A stretch of DNA of 64,000 nt, taken from NCBI GenBank assembly GCA_963422645.2, contig CAXXVO010000011.1, positions 1 to 64,000 on the forward strand, in the 5' to 3' direction. A model generated the notes under the pieces. That model searched no databases and was not told the origin of the DNA. It was given only the letters and a program-made list of their open reading frames with translations. Source of the stretch: Alphaproteobacteria bacterium. Its GTDB lineage: Bacteria; Pseudomonadota; Alphaproteobacteria; UBA828. Below are positions 1 to 11,310 of the stretch, piece after piece (the first letter of the stretch is position 1; each line of letters begins with the position of its first letter). The position numbers were made by a program, and so were the translations under genes.

Positions 1-240
1 CGTCGCTTCGTCAGTCACGACCGAAGCGCATCGGCACGCGCCCTCCCTCACAGAACGCGCACCGATCATCGCCGGGTCTGCTCCCGGCGACGCCGATGCG
101 CGCTGGATGAAAGCTTAGACGAATCGGGTGCTTCCGCGCTTCCCCAACACTGGGGAGATTTGGCGGTTTTTTTGCGGGGTGTCTGGGATTTACCGGAAGG
201 AGGACCAGGTCACAGCGCCGAACCGCGGCCGCTCCCACCT

Positions 241-369
241 TCAGCGCCGGGACTCCGGAGCGCCGGCCAGCGACAGCACAAGCCGCAACAGCTCCGCCTG
301 CCGCGACAACCCGTGCCTGGCGAACATGTGCTTCACATGCGAGCGGATCGTGCTTTCGGCGACATCCTG
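241..369 (-). pseudogene. C-terminal fragment of a LuxR-type HTH transcriptional regulator
   Basis: Manual translation of the minus strand gives QDVAESTIRSHVKHMFARHGLSRQAELLRLVLSLAGAPESRR*, a LuxR-like HTH tail. The 5' part is missing and the fragment abuts the element at 370. Confidence 0.7.
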
Positions 370-460
370 TGTTGTTCGGCGTGCAATTTTGCCCCCCAGT
401 ATCGAGCAACTTCAATAGCTTATCGCGCCGATCGGCGCGCAACCCACGCGCCGAACAACA
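370..460. mobile_element. 91-bp miniature element with IS21-like ends
   Basis: Perfect terminal inverted repeats TGTTGTTCGGCG...CGCCGAACAACA. The left end TGTTGTTCGGCGTGCAATTTTGCCCCCC resembles the IS21 end at 51722 (TGTTGTTAAGCGTGGAAAAGTGACCCCC). No flanking direct repeat. Confidence 0.75.
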
Positions 461-1181
461 CACGACCTCGCTCTTGCGACATCCAGTCAGCAACAAGAGC
501 CGGATGATGTCCGCTTGCCGCGCCTGTGAGGGCCGCGCACTGCCATAGTCGTCCAGCGCGCGGTGTAGGCAACGGACTTCCGCGCGACAGGAAGCGGGTG
601 AGCTTCGGACGGGGGTTCCGCTTGATGCCCCGGGCCGGGTTCGTCTGGAGATGACCGCAGTCGACCGCACGGTTCAGCAATCTGTGGAGCAGGCTCAAGG
701 CGTGGTTGGCCCCACCCGGCGCAGTCCGGCTATACTCATCGAACCAGTGAGTCACGCTGGCACGGGTGATCCGATCCAGCGGCAGCGACCCGAAGGCCGG
801 CAGCAGGCGAGCCCTCACGACCAAGCGCCCGCCCTTCCTGGTGGACGGTTTGCATCGGTCGAGGCGCAAGCACGCCGAGTCCGCGACGAATTCCCCGAAG
901 GTCGGAACCGGGGCGCGCGCCGTTCGGTCCAGCCGTGCCCCGGTCTCGATGGCGAGGCACCTGCGGCGCGCCTCCTCGACGCTCGTCAACGCGGCCGACC
1001 CGAGCGTGATCCTGCGGGCGCCGTCATCGCCCCTCCGGCAATACACGAAGCTCCGGTGTCCCGACGGCCGCACACGCACACCGAGACCTGCATGGCGCGC
1101 GTCCCAGATCGTGTACTCGCGGGACGCTGGTATCAGTTTCGCAACGGTGGCGTCGGTCAGGCGCCTCTTCTTCGCCGTCAT
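461..1181 (-). pseudogene. Tyrosine recombinase/integrase B (arm-binding N-terminal domain), frameshifted and truncated
   Basis: N-terminus LTDATVAKL..IWDARHAGLGVRV is an arm-type domain. Frameshift near 581 (RFLSR continues as EVRCLHRAL...LLLLTGCRKSEVV in another frame). Cut off at 460 before the HxxR and Tyr motifs. Confidence 0.85.
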
Positions 1182-2181
1182 GCCTCAGCACTCCAGAGCT
1201 GCGCCGACGGTATCGACTGCCCGGCGCACCATTGAATCGGCGAGGTGGGTGTACTTGAGCGTCGTCTCCGGATCGCGGTGCCCGAGCAGCCTGCCGATCG
1301 TCAGCACCGTCTCGCCCTGCGTCATGGCGATGCTGGCGTACGAGTGACGCAGATCGTGAAGGCGGACATCGCGCAGGTATGCTTCCGCTCTCACGCGATA
1401 CCAGAACTCGTCGATCCGCGACGCAGTCAGATGGCTGTCCGTCCGCGGCGAGGGAAAAATCCAGATCGTCCTGCGGGGCAGGCCGTCGAGGATCGCGCGC
1501 GCGGCGGACAAGAGCCAGACCGTGCGCGGCCCAGTCTTGCTGTCCGGCAGAAACATCTTGCCCTCGCGGTAGAAACGCCACTTCAGGGTGACGATTTCGC
1601 TCTTGCGGCAGCCGGTGAGCAGCAGCAGCCGTACGATCGCCACGGCCTGCGGGTGGTCGGCTTCATGGCGTGCCAGCACCTCGCCCAGCCGGCGGATTTC
1701 CGGGGTCGACAGGAAACGCTCCCGCCCCTGACGGCGATAGCGCCTGATGCCCGCGCACGGGTTGGTTCCTTCCTGCCGGTATCCGTAGACCTCGGCCTGG
1801 CGCATGATGACTGACAAGATGGGGGCTGACCGGTCGGCCGATGCTGGGGTATTGTGGAGCGATGCGAACCAGCGCCGGACGTCGTGGACGTCGATGTCGG
1901 CGATTGGGCGCCCCTCGAACCAGGGTAGGATATGGTTGCGGTAGTAGTTCCGGTTGACCTTGATGGTCGAGGGCTTCCGGTTCCGGACGTAGCGCCGGAA
2001 CACTTCGTCGGCGACGGCCTCGAACAGGATGTCAGGCGCTGCTTCCGAGCCTTCTTCGATTTCTTCACGGATCGCGGCAAGCAGGGTCCTGGCCCGGTCG
2101 CGGGCTTCGTCCGCACGGATGGACCCGGCCTGACCGACGATCTTCCAGACCCGCCGGCCGCGGTGCTGACTATGTATGAAG

Positions 2182-4069
2182 GTAACTGCCCAGGTTCTTG
2201 CTGTGAAAATTCTCTGGGATTCGGCACAACGCTACCCACGCGACGCCCGTGTGCTCCTCTGGGGTCGCCGGGTTTCACAGCTCACGATGCCCCTCTTGCG
2301 GACTGCGACCGGTAAGCTACCCCGATGTGGCCCGAAGTCCGCCCGCGCGACGGGCACCGATTTTCATTCTATGGGGTGGTCCAGCACGGCGTCGACCATG
2401 ATCGTTTATGAGAATGGCTCCGCTGTTGGAGAACCCGTGCCAGGTGAGCTTACGCGCACTTGACGGTGGCGATGAGCCGATCCGATGGGCTGGTCAGGGC
2501 TTCGATGATATTCCAGCCCTGCTTTCTGGCGGTGGTGATGACGCTGCGCAGGATGGCGAAGTTCTCGGCCCCCTGCGCGGACCGGAAGCCCCCGGAGATC
2601 TTCTGGCGCAGCTTCATCATCCGAAGGTCGCGCTCGGCCTCGTTGTTCGTGAACCCGACCTCGAGGTCGATCAGGAACCGGAGCACCGCGCATTTGTGGT
2701 CGCGCAGCCTCAAGGCCGGATTGTGACCGATCCTTCGCTTCCGGCGCTTCTTCCTCTTGCCAGGCGAGAACGGTGGTTGGCTCTCGTGAAAGGCCAGCGC
2801 ATCGGCGATGATCTCGTCGTATCGGCGCTCGATCAGCGCCACAAGCCTCGCCGGAACGGCGATATCCTTGTCCAGCGCGATGCGGGCGGCGCGATTGGCT
2901 CGGCGCAGGAGCTGCTGCATCCGCCGGGCCCAAGCCTCCCCTTCGATGTCCACCAGCGCCTGCAACTCCCGCAGGTGATGGGCGTTGCACAGGCCGTGCT
3001 CCACCCCTTCCATCGCGAAGTACGGCTTCCAGTGATCGTGCACGACGATGCCGGAGACACCCGAGAGCAGGGCGCCGCGCTTGCCGCTGACCCGGTACGC
3101 CGCCAGCAGCGGCGTGCAGATCACATGAAGCCACTGCGTCTGACCGCCGATCCGCAAGCCGGTCTCGTCCATGTGTTTCACCCGCGCCGTGCCCGCCGCC
3201 AGGTCCTGTATGTGCAAGGCCGCGTCCCGCAGCCGCTCGGCCGCCCTCTCGCTCATCGTCGCCAACGTCGCAGCCGTCACCGGCGCGCCGAAGAGCTCGG
3301 CCATCACCTGCGACAGCCGATCCTCCGGCAGGAAGTGAGCGTGCTGAAGGTAGACCGCCACCCCGGCAATGCGCGGGCCGTACTGCACCGGCGCCGACAC
3401 CCCGTCGGGGAACGCCGCCCGGGTCACCGTCCCGCAATGCCCGCAGCACTTGGCATGCGCCCGGTGCTCGGTCACCTCCAGGGGGCTCGGCTCGGGCAGA
3501 TCGAACACCTGGCGGGCGACGGGCGTTCCCGCCCTGGCCGCGTCCGAAAGCGGCGAACCGCATCCCTTGCAGGAAGCCGGGACGTGATCCTTCACCCGAT
3601 CCGGGTGATCGGCGCGGCGCAGCGTCTTGCCCTTGTGGCCGGGCTGGCCACCGGGCTTGCGGCCCGATTTGCCGCGCAGGCTTCGGGTTCGCCGCTTCGA
3701 ATTCGGCTTCCTCAGCCCATCGCTCGAAGGCGGCTTGCCGCTGTTGCCGCTGTTGAGGCCGAGACGGCGCTCCAACTCCTCGATGCGCTCGACGAGACGC
3801 GCGACTTGCTCTTCCAGCCGCGCGTTCTGCTGCCGAAGCCAGGCATTTTCCTCCCGAAGCCGGGCGTTCTCCTCCTCCAGGCGGGCGATCTTCTGCGCGG
3901 GCGTTTCGGGCGCTGCTCCCGTCGAAGGGCCGCGCGGCGACTCGGGATTGCTCATGTCGTTGTTGAGTCATTTCCCGAAATTCCCGTCAAGCCCTTTCCA
4001 CCAACTCCGAACGAGAAACGCCTCAATCCACTGGCCCAAAATGACAAATCAGACGACCTGGGCAGTTAC
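2182..4069 (-). mobile_element. IS66-family element (single-ORF, ISBst12-like)
   Basis: 14-bp TIR GTAACTGCCCAGGT at both ends. 8-bp TSD GTATGAAG at 2174-2181 and 4070-4077. Confidence 0.95.
2450..3955 (-). CDS. tnpC: IS66 family transposase
   Basis: Coiled coil, NSGKPPSSD, CxxC zinc fingers, HMDETG, CNAHHLREL, TNNEAERDLR and KISGGFRS motifs. Confidence 0.95.
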   Translation of the reverse strand: MSNPESPRGPSTGAAPETPAQKIARLEEENARLREENAWLRQQNARLEEQVARLVERIEELERRLGLNSGNSGKPPSSDGLRKPNSKRRTRSLRGKSGRKPGGQPGHKGKTLRRADHPDRVKDHVPASCKGCGSPLSDAARAGTPVARQVFDLPEPSPLEVTEHRAHAKCCGHCGTVTRAAFPDGVSAPVQYGPRIAGVAVYLQHAHFLPEDRLSQVMAELFGAPVTAATLATMSERAAERLRDAALHIQDLAAGTARVKHMDETGLRIGGQTQWLHVICTPLLAAYRVSGKRGALLSGVSGIVVHDHWKPYFAMEGVEHGLCNAHHLRELQALVDIEGEAWARRMQQLLRRANRAARIALDKDIAVPARLVALIERRYDEIIADALAFHESQPPFSPGKRKKRRKRRIGHNPALRLRDHKCAVLRFLIDLEVGFTNNEAERDLRMMKLRQKISGGFRSAQGAENFAILRSVITTARKQGWNIIEALTSPSDRLIATVKCA

Positions 4070-4326
4070 GTATGAAGTATCGCTTGGCACCTGAGGGCAG
4101 GACCCTTATGCCGAAACCCTTGAGGTCGCGGTCGCGGACGTTGTAGGTGGACCTGCGAGGCTTGAGTGAATGGACACGGCGTTCGTTGAGGCGCACGGTT
4201 GTCATTGGTTCTCCTCCTGCGCTCTGTTGCAGCCGGGGAGAAATCACGGACTGATTCCGCGATTTCCAGCCCAGACAGGAGGAAAAAGCAACGCTATATC
4301 AGTAGGTTAGAACCATCGGTGCGATA

Positions 4327-4403
4327 CGGGGTGTGGCGCAGACAGGTAGCGCATCTGCTTTGGGAGCAGAGGGTCGCCGGTTCAAATCCGGCCACCCCGA
4401 CCA
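4327..4403 (+). tRNA. tRNA-Pro(TGG)
   Basis: 77-nt cloverleaf: acceptor CGGGGTG/CACCCCG, anticodon stem TCTGC/GCAGA with loop TTTGGGA, GGTTCAAATCC T-arm and encoded CCA. Confidence 0.95.
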
Positions 4404-4436
4404 GCGTCAGGCGGAATCTCTTTTCGCCGTCAGGCC

Positions 4437-4781
4437 TCAGCCGATGGCGAAGCTCTCGCCGCAACCGCAGGTGCTGGTGACGTTGGGGTTGTTGAAGACG
4501 AATGTGGCGCTGAGCTTGTCCTCGCTGAAGTCGAGCTCGGTGCCGATCAGGAACATCACTGCCGCCGGGTCCACCACGACCGTTACGCCCCGCTGCGCGA
4601 TGACCTCGGCGCCAGGCGAGGCCTCCTCCGCATAGTCCATGGTGTAGGACATTCCGGAGCAGCCGGCGTTCCTGACCCCGATCTTGATCCCGAGGGCAGG
4701 GGCGGCGTCGGGCGGCCTGAGCGACATCAGGTGGTTGATGCGCTCTGCGGCGCGCTCGCTGATGGTGAGGATGTCCTTCAT
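4437..4781 (-). CDS. sufA: A-type Fe-S carrier (HesB/IscA/SufA)
   Basis: GCSGMSY and CGCGESF motifs; last gene of the suf operon. Confidence 0.9.
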   Translation of the reverse strand: MKDILTISERAAERINHLMSLRPPDAAPALGIKIGVRNAGCSGMSYTMDYAEEASPGAEVIAQRGVTVVVDPAAVMFLIGTELDFSEDKLSATFVFNNPNVTSTCGCGESFAIG

Positions 4782-4807
4782 CTTGTATTCCGCGCGTCCG
4801 ATGGGGG

Positions 4808-5359
4808 TTACATGAAGCCGAGTTCGAGCTGGGCGGCCTCCGACATCATGTCGGGGTTCCAGGGTGGATCCCACACGAGATCGACCTCCACATCGCCGAT
4901 CCCCTCCACCATGGCCGCGACAGCGTGCTGGACCATGCTGGGCATGCTGCCGGCCACAGGGCAGCCGGGCGTGGTCAGTGTCATCGATATGCGGGCGTCG
5001 TTGGTCTCGTTCAAGGCTACGTCGTAAATGAGGCCGAGCTGGTAGATGTCCACCGGTATTTCCGGGTCGTAGACCGAGCTCAAGGCCCGCGCGATCTGCC
5101 CCGCGAGCGGGTGGTCGGGGCTCAAGCCCGGCGGTGTCGGCAGGGTGTCGGCGGTCTCGGGCGCGGCCTCGACCAGCTGCGGCACGAGCCCGCCGCCGCC
5201 GATGGCACCGGGCGGCCCCTCCGGAGACCAGGCTTCGTAGCTCTGCGGCCCGCCGGCGGGCGACGGGGGCGGCGCGGGGGGAGTCTCGACCGCTTCGGGC
5301 GGAGCAGCCGTCTCAGGCTCCGCCTCGGGCGGCCGCTTCCTGCGGAACAGGTTCATCAT
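4808..5359 (-). CDS. sufT: DUF59/SufT Fe-S assembly protein with Pro-rich N-terminal extension
   Basis: VYDPEIPVDIYQLGLIY, MTLTTPGCPVA and WDPPW motifs. Start overlaps the sufU stop. Confidence 0.85.
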   Translation of the reverse strand: MMNLFRRKRPPEAEPETAAPPEAVETPPAPPPSPAGGPQSYEAWSPEGPPGAIGGGGLVPQLVEAAPETADTLPTPPGLSPDHPLAGQIARALSSVYDPEIPVDIYQLGLIYDVALNETNDARISMTLTTPGCPVAGSMPSMVQHAVAAMVEGIGDVEVDLVWDPPWNPDMMSEAAQLELGFM

Positions 5360-5823
5360 TCCGTGGTGACCTCCTCGACCTCGCCCTCGCCCTCGAGCGC
5401 CGCCTTCATCGTGTGCCAGGGCAGGGTCGCACACTTGACGCGCATCGGGAACTCCCGCACGCCGGCAAGCACGATCAGCTTGTCCAGATCGGGGGTCTCG
5501 AAGCCCGCCTCGCAGGCAGGCTCCGTCGACGCCACCAGTGCGTGGAACTCGGCGAACATGGCCTCCACGACGTCGATCGACTTGCCGCGCAGCAATTCGG
5601 TCATCATCGAGGCCGACGCCATCGAGATGGCGCAACCCCGGCCCTCGAAGCCGATGTCCGTGACCACACCCTTAGCCACGTCGACGTAGATTGTCACCGT
5701 GTCGCCGCAGAGCGGGTTGTGACCGTGGGACTCGCCGGTCACCGCCGGCGGCTTGCCGAAATTGCGCGGCGACTTGCCGTGATCGAGGATTACCTCCTGA
5801 TAGAGCTCGCGCAACTCGGACAT
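5356..5823 (-). CDS. sufU: SUF system NifU-family protein
   Basis: LYQEVILDH, NPLCGD, GCAIS and RVKCATL motifs. Confidence 0.92.
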   Translation of the reverse strand: MSELRELYQEVILDHGKSPRNFGKPPAVTGESHGHNPLCGDTVTIYVDVAKGVVTDIGFEGRGCAISMASASMMTELLRGKSIDVVEAMFAEFHALVASTEPACEAGFETPDLDKLIVLAGVREFPMRVKCATLPWHTMKAALEGEGEVEEVTTE

Positions 5824-7088
5824 CAGCCGAAAATCTCCCGCACCTCGTCGAGCCCATCGACCAGGCGGTCGACGTCGGCACGCGTGTTGTAAAGGCCGAA
5901 GGAGGCCCGCACAGTGCCGGCGATGCCGAAGTGGTCCATCAGAGGCTGGGCACAATGATGGCCGACCCGCACCGCAACCCCGGCCCGGTCGAGGATCGTG
6001 CCGATGTCGTGGGGATGCACGCCGTCCATAGTGAAGGAGACGATGGCGGCCTTCCCCGGCGCCGTGCCGTAGAGGCGCACGCTATTCAGCGCGCTGAGCC
6101 GCTCGGTCGCGTAAGTGAGCAGGTCGTGCTCGTGGGCAGCGACAGCCGCCGGGTCGAACGAGGCGACGTAGTCGATTGCGGCATGAAGGCCGACCGTGCC
6201 GGCGATGGGCGGCGTGCCGGCCTCGAAGCGCGCAGGCGGCGGGGCGAAGGTCGTGCGCTCGAAGGTGACACGCTCGATCATGTCGCCGCCGCCCTGGTAG
6301 GGCGGCATGGCGGCGAGCAGCGCCTGCTTGCCGTAGAGCACGCCGATGCCGCTCGGCCCGTAGAGCTTGTGGCCCGAGAAACAATAGAAATCCACGTCCA
6401 GCGCCTGCACGTCGACGGGGCAGTGCACGATGCCCTGGGCGCCGTCGATCAGGACAAGCGCACCCTGGTCGTGCGCGATGCGCACGATCTCGTCCACCGG
6501 CAACACGGTGCCGAGCGCGTTGGAGACGTGGGTGAGAGCCACCAGCTTTGTGCGCGGCCCGACCAGCGCCTCGTAGGCATCGAGCGGGAAGGTACCGCGC
6601 TCGTCGGTCGGGACCACCTTGAGCACGATGCCGGTGCGCTCGCGCAGCAACTGCCAGGGCACGATGTTGGCGTGGTGCTCCAGCACCGAGAGCACGACCT
6701 CGTCGCCCTCACCGAGGAAGGCCCCGCCCCAGCTCGTGGCGACCAGGTTGATGGCTTCCGTCGCCCCCTTGGTGAAGACGATCTCGCTCGCCGAGCGGGC
6801 GTTGACGAAGCGCTGCACCCTGGCGCGCGCGCCCTCGTAGGCGTCGGTCGCCTTTGCGCTCAACTCGTAGACGCCGCGATGGATGTTGGCGTACTCGGCC
6901 TCGTAGCAGCGCGATAGCGCATCGATCACCTGACGCGGCTTCTGGGCGCTCGCGCCGCTATCGAGAAAGGTCAGCGGCTTGCCGTGAACGGTGCGCGAGA
7001 GGATCGGGAAATCCGCGCGCACCCGCTCCACGTCGAAGGGCGCGGCGGCTGCCGAGGGTTCGAGGCGCCGGGCGGGGGCGGTGTTCAC
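5823..7088 (-). CDS. sufS: Cysteine desulfurase
   Basis: FLDSGASAQKP, FSGHK (PLP lysine) and RVGHHCAQP. GTG start inferred from overlap with the sufD stop. Confidence 0.93.
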   Translation of the reverse strand: MNTAPARRLEPSAAAAPFDVERVRADFPILSRTVHGKPLTFLDSGASAQKPRQVIDALSRCYEAEYANIHRGVYELSAKATDAYEGARARVQRFVNARSASEIVFTKGATEAINLVATSWGGAFLGEGDEVVLSVLEHHANIVPWQLLRERTGIVLKVVPTDERGTFPLDAYEALVGPRTKLVALTHVSNALGTVLPVDEIVRIAHDQGALVLIDGAQGIVHCPVDVQALDVDFYCFSGHKLYGPSGIGVLYGKQALLAAMPPYQGGGDMIERVTFERTTFAPPPARFEAGTPPIAGTVGLHAAIDYVASFDPAAVAAHEHDLLTYATERLSALNSVRLYGTAPGKAAIVSFTMDGVHPHDIGTILDRAGVAVRVGHHCAQPLMDHFGIAGTVRASFGLYNTRADVDRLVDGLDEVREIFG

Positions 7089-8407
7089 GACCGGCCTCCG
7101 TCCATCCAGGCGGCAACCTGTTCGGACAGCACGGCACGGGTCGGCTCGTGGCCGATCTCCTCCTGCAGTTCGCCCATGAAGCCTTCGACGATCAGCTTGC
7201 GCGCGGTGTGCAGGTCGAGGCCGCGCGAGCGCAGGTAGAAGAGCTGATCGTCCTCCGGCTCGCCCGCCGTCGCCCCGTGGCTGCACTTGACGTCATCGGC
7301 GTAGATTTCCAGCTCGGGCTTGGTGTCGATCTCGGCCTTGCGCGAGAGCAGCAGCGTGCGGTTGAGTTGGTGGCCGTCGGTCTTCTGGGCGTCCTGGCGC
7401 ACGATGATCTTGCCCTGAAAGACTCCGCGCGCCCTACCGTCGAGCACGCCCTTGTAGACCTCGCGGCTCTCGCAATTGGGCAGGGCGTGGTCGATCACCG
7501 TGGTGTTGTCGACGTGCTGGCTGTCGCGTGCCATGTAGCCGCCGCGCAGTTGGCAATTCGCGCCCTCACCGTCGAAGCGGACGTGGATTTCGTGGCGCGT
7601 GAGGCGGGCGCCGAGCGTCAGCAGATGGCTCTCATAGCGGGCCTCACCAGCCAGCGCCGCCTTGGTGAGCGCGGTGTGATAGGCGTTCTCGCCTTCGATC
7701 TGGAGCTTGACGTGACTGAGCCTGGCGCCTTCGCCGACCTGGATGTCGGTAAGCGGGTTGGACCACGTCGGCGTACCCGCCGGCCCCTCGTGGCACTCGA
7801 TCAGGTTGAGGCTGCTCCCTGCGCCCAAGCGCACGATGACGCGCGGGTGGTAGGCGAGCGGCGCGCTTCCCGGCGCGGCGACGAAGCGCAGCCTGATCGG
7901 CTCGTCGATGACGGCGCCGGGCGCGCTCTCGACGATGCAGCCGTCGGCCGCGAAGGCCGCGTTGAAGGCCGCCATGAGATCGCCGTTGAGGGACTCTGCG
8001 CGGCCAATCAGACCCTCGATCCGGGCCGGATCGTCGGCCAGGACTTGGGCCAGCCCGCGCACGTGCAGGCCCTCCGGCAGGCCTTCGAGCCGCGAATGGC
8101 CCAACGACAGCCGCCCGTTGACGAAGACCAGCGAGGGCCCCTCCAGTGCATCGAGGGCGCCAGGCCCGAGATCGGCTGGCCCAACCTCGGTCTCGATCGA
8201 TGCCGGGGGCGAGAATTCGAGTTCGGCGAGCGGTGCGAGGCTGGTGTACTTCCACGCCTCCATGCGGGTACCCGGCAACCCATCGGCGCTGAGCCGGCGG
8301 CCCTCGTCGCGCAGCGCGTCGAGCCAGGGCAGGCCCTCGCCCGGCAGCGCCGCCGCTACGGCGCCGGGTGCCGGATAGTCGAAGGGAATGGTCCGTGGCG
8401 CGGGCAT
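7085..8407 (-). CDS. sufD: Fe-S cluster assembly protein SufD
   Basis: EAWKYT, QKTDG and PELEIYADDVKCSHGAT motifs. Confidence 0.93.
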   Translation of the reverse strand: MPAPRTIPFDYPAPGAVAAALPGEGLPWLDALRDEGRRLSADGLPGTRMEAWKYTSLAPLAELEFSPPASIETEVGPADLGPGALDALEGPSLVFVNGRLSLGHSRLEGLPEGLHVRGLAQVLADDPARIEGLIGRAESLNGDLMAAFNAAFAADGCIVESAPGAVIDEPIRLRFVAAPGSAPLAYHPRVIVRLGAGSSLNLIECHEGPAGTPTWSNPLTDIQVGEGARLSHVKLQIEGENAYHTALTKAALAGEARYESHLLTLGARLTRHEIHVRFDGEGANCQLRGGYMARDSQHVDNTTVIDHALPNCESREVYKGVLDGRARGVFQGKIIVRQDAQKTDGHQLNRTLLLSRKAEIDTKPELEIYADDVKCSHGATAGEPEDDQLFYLRSRGLDLHTARKLIVEGFMGELQEEIGHEPTRAVLSEQVAAWMDGGRS

Positions 8408-8423
8408 GGCCGGTCGCTCCCGC

Positions 8424-9194
8424 TCAGGCCGCCGCGCTCGGCTCGAGCCCGAGCACGGCATAGCCGCGGCTCTCGAGCTCCAGCGCGAGCTCGCTTCCGC
8501 CCGAGCGCACGATGCGGCCGCCCGCGAGCACGTGCACCTTGTCGGGCACGACGTGGTCCAGCAGCCGCTGATAGTGGGTGATGACTACCATCGCCCGCTC
8601 CGGCCCGCGCAGTGCGTTGATGCCGTCGGCGACGACCTTCAGAGCGTCGATATCGAGGCCGGAATCGGTCTCGTCAAGGATGGCGAGGGAGGGTTCCAAT
8701 AGCGCCATCTGAAGCATCTCGTTGCGCTTCTTCTCGCCGCCGGAGAAGCCGACGTTGAGGGCGCGCCGCATCATGCCGTCGTCGATGCCGAGCGCCGTGC
8801 GCTTGGCCTTGACCAGCTTGAGGAACTCCATCGCGTCGTATTCCTGCTCGCCGCGATGCTTGCGACCGGCATTGACCGCCGTCTTGAGAAAGGTCGCGCT
8901 GCCCACGCCCGGTATCTCCACCGGATACTGGAAGGCGAGAAAGACGCCGCTGCACGCCCGCTCCTCGACACTCATGGCGAGCAGGTCGTGGCCCCGGTAG
9001 GTGATCGAGCCCTGCGTCACCTCGTAGCCCTCGCGGCCGGCAATCACGTAGGCGAGCGTGCTCTTGCCCGAGCCGTTCGGCCCCATCACCGCATGCAGCT
9101 CGCCCTCGTTCACCGAGAGGTCGAGGCCGTTCAGGATCGGCTTGCCGTCGACGGTCGCGTGCAGGTTTTCGATCGCTAGCATGGGATTCGACAT
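8424..9194 (-). CDS. sufC: Fe-S assembly ATPase SufC
   Basis: GPNGSGKST, FQYPVEIPGV, FSGGEKKRNE and DETDSGLD motifs. Confidence 0.96.
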   Translation of the reverse strand: MSNPMLAIENLHATVDGKPILNGLDLSVNEGELHAVMGPNGSGKSTLAYVIAGREGYEVTQGSITYRGHDLLAMSVEERACSGVFLAFQYPVEIPGVGSATFLKTAVNAGRKHRGEQEYDAMEFLKLVKAKRTALGIDDGMMRRALNVGFSGGEKKRNEMLQMALLEPSLAILDETDSGLDIDALKVVADGINALRGPERAMVVITHYQRLLDHVVPDKVHVLAGGRIVRSGGSELALELESRGYAVLGLEPSAAA

Positions 9195-9233
9195 GTCTGT
9201 TCTGTTCCGTACTGTCCGTCCTGGCCGACCGTC

Positions 9234-10693
<1,460 letters not shown>

Positions 10694-10697
<4 letters not shown>

Positions 10698-11158
10698 GAG
10701 GCGTGCTCCCGGCCCGCGCTCTGTGCCGGCGCAGGCAGCTCGCCCACGCCCTCTGCGGCTTTGGCCATGTCAGCCAATGTCACCTCCTCCAGCGCCACGC
10801 GGATCGCGTCACTGATCTTCTGCCAGGGCCCACGCACCGAGCAGAAGCTCTCCAGCTCGCAGATGCCGGAGGGGCCGTCGAGGCAATCGGCGAGCGAGAT
10901 CGGCCCGTCCACGGCGGCGACCAGGTCCGCGACCGAGACCTTCTCAGGCGGGTATGCCAGCACGTAGCCGCCCTTGGCCCCGCGGTGCGAGGTCAGGATG
11001 CCGGCCTTCGCCAGCAATTTCAGCAGCTTGCTCGCGCTCGGCTGGGGCACGCCGGTACGCGCCGCGATGCTCGCAGCGGTGTGCCGGGCGCGCGGTTCGC
11101 GCGCGATATGGGTCATGGCCACGACACCATAGTCGGCCATGCGGCTGACGCGGATCAT
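10694..11158 (-). CDS. Rrf2/IscR-family SUF regulator
   Basis: Winged-helix SHRGAKGGY motif and three Cys ([15 protein letters not shown]); first gene of the suf operon. Confidence 0.9.
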
Positions 11159-11215
11159 GCTTTACCCCCCTCGCAATCGCCCCGCTCGCGCTCCCGCCCG
11201 GGCAGGCGTGATGGG

Positions 11216-11244
11216 CATATAGGACGAATTCAGTCCGCTTTCAA
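11216..11244 (-). promoter_or_regulatory. Putative sigma70 promoter of the suf operon with a palindromic operator
   Basis: Minus strand reads TTGAAA-N17-TATATG; the spacer contains GGAC-N7-GTCC. Confidence 0.55.
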
Positions 11245-11310
11245 TAGGGAATATCACCGAGTTGTCAATTGACGCGGATAAGGCGATGCGTGCGGCTCCG
11301 CAGGCCCGAT

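Larger units (their letters stand above)
1185..4205 (-). pseudogene. Tyrosine recombinase/integrase A interrupted by IS66
   Basis: Joining 4205-4078 and 2181-1185 gives a 374-aa ORF (MTTVRLNERR...GFGIRVLPSGAKRYFIHSQHRGRR...) with TGCRKSE, HDLRH, LGH and TLKY catalytic motifs. An AGGAGG RBS lies upstream. Confidence 0.9.
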
